Positions 17,784-23,527 of a stretch of 64,000 nt of DNA are shown piece by piece. The stretch's first letter is position 1, and each line of letters opens with the position of its first letter. The notes under the pieces were generated by a model that saw only the letters and a program-made list of their open reading frames with translations, searched no databases and was not told the origin of the DNA. This stretch comes from a virus (Duplodnaviria > Caudoviricetes). The position numbers and the translations under genes are program-made. The stretch is from the IMG/VR virus record IMGVR_UViG_3300023235_001725, one strand, 5' to 3'.

Positions 17784-18359
17784 CTACGAAAGTACTTCGA
17801 TTGAAAGTATTTTAATTTTAGTTTCATCGAATATCAATAAATTTAATTCTTTTGTTTCGATGATATATGTTCCGTCATAACCATTAAGTTTCAACCAATC
17901 ATATACCCAAGTTTGCTCAATTGATGAATAATCACCATCCAATAAATTATTATACTTTCTATCAATGTCATCATCAGGAAATTTATCCTCGATATATTCT
18001 AAAAGATTTTTACCAATTACATAATATTCTACGCCAATTTTATCATTTACTTTACTTTTTTCATAATACATTAATAAATCATAGGTTGATGGTAACTTTC
18101 TAAAATCTATAATATTATTAGTTAAAACTTGAATTTTGTAAATATGTGGTGAATAATTACCAGCATAGTATTTAGCAAATTCAATATTTGATGTTAAAAA
18201 TATTGGTGATTTGTAATTTATATCAAATAAAGTTCCGTTTTTTATCTTGAATTTATCGAATTTTTCTTTAGAACCGTGATACCAAGTATTATCATTTACT
18301 ATAAGTTGCTCATTAAGATATTCTCTAATCGTTGTCACTATAAACTTTCTCAATTCCAT
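17784..18359 (-). CDS. ADP-ribosyltransferase-like protein with an N-terminal FIVTTIREYLNE motif
   Basis: WYHGS...IFLTSNIEFAKYYA...YII-E pattern; start moved to MELRK. Confidence 0.5.
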   Translation of the reverse strand: MELRKFIVTTIREYLNEQLIVNDNTWYHGSKEKFDKFKIKNGTLFDINYKSPIFLTSNIEFAKYYAGNYSPHIYKIQVLTNNIIDFRKLPSTYDLLMYYEKSKVNDKIGVEYYVIGKNLLEYIEDKFPDDDIDRKYNNLLDGDYSSIEQTWVYDWLKLNGYDGTYIIETKELNLLIFDETKIKILSIEVLS

Positions 18360-18416
18360 TCTTTTATATATAGATATTCCAAAATTAAATTTCTGACAAA
18401 CAAACCGTACTGGTGC

Positions 18417-19200
18417 TAACGCTATGTATATTCCAGTTTTGTGAAAAACAAAACCGATAACATACATTTAACGTTATGCTCCATGCCTTAGTTCAGTTCT
18501 TCAATTTAACATTTGTGATAAAAAACAAAAAGAATTTTGCCAACGCACCTTATTTTTCAAGACTATCTCTGTTTATTAATTTCTTTCATCACTTCACTAT
18601 AATTCATATTAGGTTCGACATCGTAATAATTAATTACATCCTTAAAAACATCTTCACCATCAAATCCATCTCCAAGTATAAAATTTGAACTTTTAAACAC
18701 TACAAGTTCTTGTTGTAGACTATCTTTATGATGCCAAGAAATATCTTCAATTTCTTCAATAGCCTTATTGAACGATTTTTCATCATCAAATCCATATCCT
18801 GATAAACCCCATTCGGGTTCACTATTCCACATACCATTTGTAACATCTTTTCTTGGTGGATATGGTACATATTTACCGTCCCCAACTCTCTCGTTGTAAT
18901 CATCCATAGCATCTTTCTCCGTTTCAAACCATGCTTGCATATTTCCACTAAAATTACGTCTAGTATCATCATCTGCATCGCTTGTCCATCTTAGAAAATA
19001 TTTGGAATTATTAAGATTTTCATTTACAAATTCCTTAAAGTTCTTAACTTTATCAATCATTTTTCTCACATCTTCGCTCATAGTATCTTTATATAAAAAT
19101 AGTTTCAAATAAACATCATCCTTTAATAATTCAACACGTAGCATAACGCTATGTATATTCCAGTTTTGTGAAAAACAAAACCGATAACATACATTTAACG
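18417..19200. repeat. 57-bp identical direct repeat (18417-18473 and 19144-19200): two copies of one attC-like site
   Basis: TAACGCTATGTATATTCCAGTTTTGTGAAAAACAAAACCGATAACATACATTTAACG occurs twice. Confidence 0.95.
18563..19081 (-). CDS. Hypothetical acidic cassette protein with a KNFKEFVNE motif
   Basis: ORF; start moved to MSEDV. Confidence 0.65.
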   Translation of the reverse strand: MSEDVRKMIDKVKNFKEFVNENLNNSKYFLRWTSDADDDTRRNFSGNMQAWFETEKDAMDDYNERVGDGKYVPYPPRKDVTNGMWNSEPEWGLSGYGFDDEKSFNKAIEEIEDISWHHKDSLQQELVVFKSSNFILGDGFDGEDVFKDVINYYDVEPNMNYSEVMKEINKQR

Positions 19201-19212
19201 CTGTGTGTAATG

Positions 19213-19395
19213 CTACACTTTTGTACGTCTTGGCGGTGGCTTAGATTTTTTGGTTCTGATTTCTTGGAAGTCACACTCTTTGTCGTAAAATTTACTACAA
19301 CATCTTGCGCCTATTCCAAACAATGAGCGTTTAATATTTTCATTGGTACACCAAGCACCTTTGTTATTATATTTACAATTTATCTTTCTTTCCAT
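19213..19395 (-). CDS. Small Cys-rich hypothetical cassette protein
   Basis: ORF filling one cassette. Confidence 0.55.
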   Translation of the reverse strand: MERKINCKYNNKGAWCTNENIKRSLFGIGARCCSKFYDKECDFQEIRTKKSKPPPRRTKV

Positions 19396-19460
19396 TTCAA
19401 TATTATTTAATTAATAATCCGCACTACACACAGCACTTTGTATAGTGCATAGTTCGTTCC

Positions 19461-19706
19461 TCACAACGCCACCATACAAGGGGCGTTGCCATTAGAGTTT
19501 AACCAAACATAAGCTGTCGGGTCATACTTTTTTGGCTTTCCTAAATATTGGCTTTTATCGCAAACCTTACACTCTCGTCTAAATCCTTGTTCGTATATCT
19601 GTTTACATTTTTTATCTTTAAATCTAGTCCATTTGCTTATCTCCCAAAAGTGTAAGGAAAAACGGCAACTAACATTGTATAAAAAACATTGCTTAATTCT
19701 ATTCAT
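19461..19706 (-). CDS. Hypothetical cassette protein starting inside an attC-like site (MNRIKQCFLYNVS)
   Basis: N-terminus paralogous to that of 17524-17724. Confidence 0.55.
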   Translation of the reverse strand: MNRIKQCFLYNVSCRFSLHFWEISKWTRFKDKKCKQIYEQGFRRECKVCDKSQYLGKPKKYDPTAYVWLNSNGNAPCMVAL

Positions 19707-19761
19707 AATTTTAAATTTAGTGCTGCAAGAACAGGTCTTTGAACTTGGGTCAAATCGTCCA

Positions 19762-20451
19762 TTAAAAAACTCTCTGTGTTAGTCTCTCAAATCCGTCCTT
19801 CCATGTTTCGTGTTTATCAAATCTTTCACCACAACCAGTGGTTCCACCTTTCCAGCTTCCTCTTCTCTTTCCTACTTCTGAAGAGAATTCAACGTCAATT
19901 GTACGACTCACTTGGCTGAACATAGTTGTTCGTTTGAACCATCTCATTCTCCATTCTCTCTCCGAGATGGATATATCGGCATTAACCACGTTCAGTTCTC
20001 CATTTGGAGTGTGCTTATCAACATACGGCATATTAGTTCTCCACATTTTCTCTTTCCATTCGTCTTTATAAAAGTCTTGTTTGTCGCCTTTTATTGAATG
20101 AACCCATGTTCCATCCTTCAGTTTAATGCTGTGGCGAACGTGGTCGAGATTCCAGGGCATATTAATGTATTTAGATTTCTTTCCGTAACGAATAACAAAG
20201 CTCTGACTCTGCCAACCATCCTGATACCAATAACAGCCGTACTGTTCTGAGTCGCCGTAATCCTTTCTCTTGTGTGACCAGGGCATACTCCAAAACAGGC
20301 TCCAGAATAGGAATGCTATATGGATTTGGGGTCTCTCATCATCAGAATACCCGTGGCACTCGTAAGTTAAGTGAAAAGCAACTGGTTTTCCCCAGCTGTA
20401 TCTATAAAATGATATATTATCGTTTTCAAACTTCTTTGTGGGGTTTCGCAT
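19762..20451 (-). CDS. Hypothetical phage protein
   Basis: 229-aa ORF. Confidence 0.7.
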   Translation of the reverse strand: MRNPTKKFENDNISFYRYSWGKPVAFHLTYECHGYSDDERPQIHIAFLFWSLFWSMPWSHKRKDYGDSEQYGCYWYQDGWQSQSFVIRYGKKSKYINMPWNLDHVRHSIKLKDGTWVHSIKGDKQDFYKDEWKEKMWRTNMPYVDKHTPNGELNVVNADISISEREWRMRWFKRTTMFSQVSRTIDVEFSSEVGKRRGSWKGGTTGCGERFDKHETWKDGFERLTQRVF

Positions 20452-20523
20452 TCTACAAATGTAATCAATTTTACAAATATAAAAACTGTTCGAAGGGCGG
20501 CCTTTTTCTATCTGTAATTCAAG

Positions 20524-20595
20524 AGGGGCGTAGGGGGTTCGAACCCCTGACGTACAGGGTTAAAGCCTGATGTTCTACCTCTGAACTAACGCCCC
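20524..20595 (-). tRNA. tRNA with anticodon TTA (ochre-suppressor-like)
   Basis: GGGGCGT-TA-GTTC-AGAGGTA-GAAC-A-TCAGG-CTTTAAC-CCTGT-ACGTC-AGGGG-TTCGAAC-CCCCT-ACGCCCC-T; 7-nt loop with U33 and A37. Confidence 0.85.
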
Positions 20596-20789
20596 TTGTG
20601 GTAATGTGCTATCCGATACAGCCAGTCTCCACAATACGGTGAAGATAGAATATCTTTCTTAGCCTGCATAACTCTTCGTAACGAGGAATATGGACCAGAG
20701 TATTTGGTCCAAGCCACCCTGGGGCGATGCTTAGCTGTATAGTTTGAAGTCCATTCTATATAATATCTCGTGTTATCTACAGTAGCCAT
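20586..20789 (-). CDS. Hypothetical protein; its TAG stop lies inside the suppressor-like tRNA
   Basis: ORF track. Confidence 0.5.
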   Translation of the reverse strand: MATVDNTRYYIEWTSNYTAKHRPRVAWTKYSGPYSSLRRVMQAKKDILSSPYCGDWLYRIAHYHKGR

Positions 20790-20808
20790 AGCATTAAAAT
20801 AGTGGTTA

Positions 20809-21567
20809 CTAACTAGGTTTTGAAGTTATCAACCATTCTTTTAATGTCATGAATTCTTTCACCTTACCTGGGACAGAATTTTCTAGTTTGGCTAACTTTA
20901 TGTTGATTTTATCTTTGTTTTTTCTATCATAGATGTAGTCTATTATGCCTGGATTCTCTTTAAAGTACCATATCGCATATTCTAGTGTTCTCTCTATTTC
21001 TTCATCAATGGTTTTTGATTCATCAATATGCGTCAATACAATGGTTGGAAAATAAGAGCAGCATGGAATGGCGTCATTGCAGTTTGTTGACATATGTATA
21101 CCATACTTTGATTTCTCTGGACTTTCTAACTCGAATATTTCCACGGACAAAGATTCTCCGATACTGTACAAGGATTTCATCCACGAAGGATTTCTTTCTG
21201 GATTAAACTCTGTGTCTTTTACAATGTAAGTCTGTTTTGATATTTTGCTTGCCATTTCTTGCGCTGATTCTTCTTTAGCATTTAATTGGTCTATTTTTTT
21301 AAACACATCTCCATACTCAGAGAAGATTAAATCTGTTTTTTCACAAAACTCATCTATTATATCAAAGAAGTTTGATGCCATTGGGCTCATGTAGTACATC
21401 AGTACAAAGTTGTAAGACATTCTGTCTCCATTCCAGTATTGGACTTCAAAACTAATTTCACCACCCAACTCGGTGCCAAAATTAATATCCACACACTCAA
21501 ACTTGTCATTATAATCCATTACTTTTTTAAACCAATCCATTATTTTTTTTGTTTTTAATCCTCGCAA
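20809..21567 (-). CDS. Hypothetical protein
   Basis: 252-aa ORF. Confidence 0.7.
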   Translation of the reverse strand: MRGLKTKKIMDWFKKVMDYNDKFECVDINFGTELGGEISFEVQYWNGDRMSYNFVLMYYMSPMASNFFDIIDEFCEKTDLIFSEYGDVFKKIDQLNAKEESAQEMASKISKQTYIVKDTEFNPERNPSWMKSLYSIGESLSVEIFELESPEKSKYGIHMSTNCNDAIPCCSYFPTIVLTHIDESKTIDEEIERTLEYAIWYFKENPGIIDYIYDRKNKDKINIKLAKLENSVPGKVKEFMTLKEWLITSKPS

Positions 21568-21971
21568 GGCAAGTGACCATATTTATGAAAATACTTTAAT
21601 GGACGTTTCAATTTTCCATTAATCCAAAAACCCCATTTTCGTCGTGGCTTAAACGCTAATACAAATGTCCAGCAAGACACATCTTTAGGAAGCACTACAT
21701 TATGTATATGTTCTGCTTTTCTAAAGCGAATGCTTCCTTGTCTTAACTTATCGATTCCATTTGGGCTTATGTCTAAATAGCCTCCTTTCAGTATGAAAGT
21801 GATAAAATCCCAAGCATGGTCATGCTGGTGCGCGATTGGTTCACTTCTTATGAAGTTGTGAACTCGGAACGAAAATAAGTAGAAATTGAACACCCATCTG
21901 TAAGCATACGGGCAACTTTTTTCACCTAAAGCTTCGTTCCATCTGAACTGAATTGGTCTGAACTTTTTCAT
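21555..21971 (-). CDS. Cupin-like phage protein
   Basis: HQHDHAWDFITFILKGGY...RFRKAEHIHNV motif. Confidence 0.7.
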   Translation of the reverse strand: MKKFRPIQFRWNEALGEKSCPYAYRWVFNFYLFSFRVHNFIRSEPIAHQHDHAWDFITFILKGGYLDISPNGIDKLRQGSIRFRKAEHIHNVVLPKDVSCWTFVLAFKPRRKWGFWINGKLKRPLKYFHKYGHLPCED

Positions 21972-22480
21972 TTCTTGATTCGGATTATAGCTGAGGGTAC
22001 AGTTTTGTAATCCTCAACAAATGAATAATCTGGGACCATTGTCACGGAGTAGTTCTTATCTTGAAGCCACTCACGGAATTCTTTGTGCAGTTAAGTCTCT
22101 CCAACCATCCAAAAAGGAGATGTTAAGCTTGAGATTGTTCCGCCTGGTGCAAGTTGGTCATACATGTGCATGATGTGTTTGCAATCGACATTGTCTCGAA
22201 AGTTAGGACAGGCAATGACGTAATCATATGGTGTCTGGGCTTCGAATCGGAAGAAGTCTGAGCCAACCAACTCATATTCTTTTTCTTTCAGTGTGACTCG
22301 GCATTCTTGATTAAGTTCTACACAGTCAATTTTACACTGTTGGAATTTTTCTTGAACCCCGTCCGCCAATACTCCTGTGCCTGCAGATGGTTCTAGTATT
22401 CTCGCTCCAGGCTTCGGGTTTAATCTCTCACATAAAGCATCAATCACCACTTGGGGTGTAATTCTGTTTGTCTCTACCAT
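21968..22480 (-). CDS. Small DNA methyltransferase-like protein interrupted by an in-frame TAA at 22091-22093 (read-through or pseudogene)
   Basis: ILEPSAGTG motif; NPPF degenerated to CPNF. After the TAA the frame continues LHKEFREWLQDKNYSVTMVPDYSFVEDYKTVPSAIIRIKK and ends in an ATGA overlap with the next gene. Confidence 0.7.
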
Positions 22481-22502
22481 AGCTTTCGTTTTTTTTATTG
22501 TT

Positions 22503-22593
22503 TGGTGAACGGAATAGGAATCGAACCTACAACTTTTCTTATGGCCGCTAAGCCATCTAGTTTTGCGCCTTCCATCCTTTTAAGTACTCGTTC
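22503..22593 (-). ncRNA. tRNA-like RNA with an aberrant anticodon region; encoded CCA
   Basis: Acceptor GAACGAG/TCCGTTC-ACCA and T arm GTAGG-TTCGATT-CCTAT. The middle (ATGGC-TTAGCG-GCCAT plus extra nt) does not fold as a canonical anticodon arm. Confidence 0.55.
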
Positions 22594-22634
22594 GAACATT
22601 TCCTTAAAAATCTTGGTGCAATCCGCCCATGTTG

Positions 22635-22686
22635 TGGCGTGGGGAGAAACGAATCTCACGCGAATCTTCTTTCAGATTCTCACGCC
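22635..22686 (-). ncRNA. Mini tRNA-mimic, family 1, copy a
   Basis: GGCGTG-A-GAATCT/AGATTC-GC-GTGAGA-TTCGTT-TCTCCC-CACGCC-A. Confidence 0.7.
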
Positions 22687-22746
22687 ATGTGGGGGAAGTT
22701 GTTTATGAGAACAGCGCCTCCCCAAGCATCTCACTGCTCATTATAA

Positions 22747-22913
22747 TGGTCCCGCGAGAGGGTTCTGCCCCCCATCATTTCTTCAACATCAACTACTAAC
22801 TCACTCTTGTGGCCACGCAAGTGAGTTTTTGTGTTTGCATCCCGAACTGAGTCCTTTCGGTTCGTCTTCCACATTATCAGTGTGGTGCTTTAACATATCT
22901 AAGCTATCGCAGG
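22747..22913 (-). tRNA. tRNA-Ile(GAT)-like with a ~90-nt insertion between the variable loop and T arm
   Basis: Acceptor CCTGCGA/TCGCGGG-ACCA; CCACA-CTGATAA-TGTGG; insert at about 22774-22863; non-canonical T loop GCAGAA. Confidence 0.6.
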
Positions 22914-22919
22914 AAATTG

Positions 22920-23062
22920 TCCTGGAGGAAGGGCTCGAACCCCCGACCCCCACCGTTCGATTCCAATTCTCTACTTCACAACCCTTGTGGCCACGCAGGT
23001 TGCGTTTCAATCCTTTTCCTCATTTATCAGGGTGGTGCTCTAACCAACTGAGCTACTCCAGG
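22920..23062 (-). tRNA. tRNA-Ile(GAT) with a 69-nt insertion in the anticodon loop
   Basis: CCTGGAG-TA-GCTC-AGTTGGTTA-GAGC-A-CCACC-CTGATAA-[22955-23023]-GGTGG-GGGTC-GGGGG-TTCGAGC-CCTTC-CTCCAGG-A. Confidence 0.8.
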
Positions 23063-23065
23063 AAG

Positions 23066-23111
23066 TGCCGCTAACAGGAATCTCACCTATTCTAGTGCTA
23101 ATGCAAGCGGC
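23066..23111 (-). ncRNA. Mini tRNA-mimic, family 2, copy a
   Basis: GCCGCT-TGCATTAGCACTAG-AATAGG-TGAGATT-CCTGTT-AGCGGC-A. Confidence 0.7.
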
Positions 23112-23112
23112 G

Positions 23113-23192
23113 TGGTGGTGAGGGAAGGACTTGAACCTTCGACCTCCAGGGTTTTAAAGCCTGGTGCTCTGAACCAACTGAGCTACCTCACC
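23113..23192 (-). tRNA. Short-V-loop tRNA with a 9-nt anticodon loop CTTTAAAAC (central TAA); encoded CCA
   Basis: GGTGAGG...CCAGG-CTTTAAAAC-CCTGG-AGGTC-GAAGG-TTCAAGT-CCTTC-CCTCACC-ACCA. Confidence 0.8.
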
Positions 23193-23195
23193 AAG

Positions 23196-23241
23196 AGGCC
23201 CCAGGAAGACTTTCTCTTCCTCTAGTGCTAATGCAGGGGCC
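23196..23241 (-). ncRNA. Mini tRNA-mimic, family 2, copy b
   Basis: GGCCCC-TGCATTAGCACTAG-AGGAAG-AGAAAGT-CTTCCT-GGGGCC-T. Confidence 0.7.
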
Positions 23242-23242
23242 G

Positions 23243-23296
23243 TGGTGGCGTGGGAAGAAACGAATCTCCCGCGAATCCCTAATGGACTCTCACGCC
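23243..23296 (-). ncRNA. Mini tRNA-mimic, family 1, copy b; encoded CCA
   Basis: GGCGTG-A-GAGTCC/GGATTC-GC-GGGAGA-TTCGTT-TCTTCC-CACGCC-ACCA. Confidence 0.72.
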
Positions 23297-23332
23297 TTTT
23301 TTAAATTCCAACACGTCAATGAACTTTTGTTG

Positions 23333-23406
23333 TGACAGGAGAAAGATTCGAACTCTCGTCCCCAGGTTTTTAAGGCCTGGTGCTCTAACCGCTGAGCTAT
23401 CCCGTC
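23333..23406 (-). tRNA. Short-V-loop tRNA with a 9-nt anticodon loop CCTTAAAAA (central TAA)
   Basis: GACGGGA...CCAGG-CCTTAAAAA-CCTGG-GGAC-GAGAG-TTCGAAT-CTTTC-TCCTGTC-A. Confidence 0.8.
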
Positions 23407-23455
23407 TGGTGGCGGATTCAGGACTTTAACCTGAACTGGTGCTTATGCATCCGCC
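23407..23455 (-). ncRNA. Mini tRNA-mimic, family 2, copy c; encoded CCA
   Basis: GGCGGA-TGCATAAGCACCAG-TTCAGG-TTAAAGT-CCTGAA-TCCGCC-ACCA. Confidence 0.72.
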
Positions 23456-23459
23456 GTAG

Positions 23460-23506
23460 TGGTGCGGGGACAATCGAATGTCCCATGAGCCAAAAGCTCT
23501 CGCACC
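23460..23506 (-). ncRNA. Mini tRNA-mimic, family 1, copy c
   Basis: GGTGCG-A-GAGC/GCTC-AT-GGGACA-TTCGAT-TGTCCC-CGCACC-A. Confidence 0.68.
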
Positions 23507-23527
23507 GTGATATGGAAACCTGCATCA

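Larger units (their letters stand above)
14912..19729. mobile_element. Array of about nine gene cassettes separated by ten attC-like imperfect inverted repeats
   Basis: Each cassette starts and ends with mutually complementary 6-10-nt cores, e.g. GTTACCCAC 16473 / GTGGGTAAC 17067, ATTAGCACCA 17771 / TGGTGCTAAC 18411, GCTGTGTGTA 19200 / TACACACAGC 19425. Visibly AT-rich. No integrase in the window. Confidence 0.75.

Noticed and set aside
22774-23023. Group I/II intron, hammerhead ribozyme or tmRNA as the identity of the tRNA-Ile inserts
   Set aside because: Too short for self-splicing introns. CTGATAA is the anticodon loop, not a CUGAnGA core. There is no G3.U70 alanine acceptor or recognisable tag peptide.
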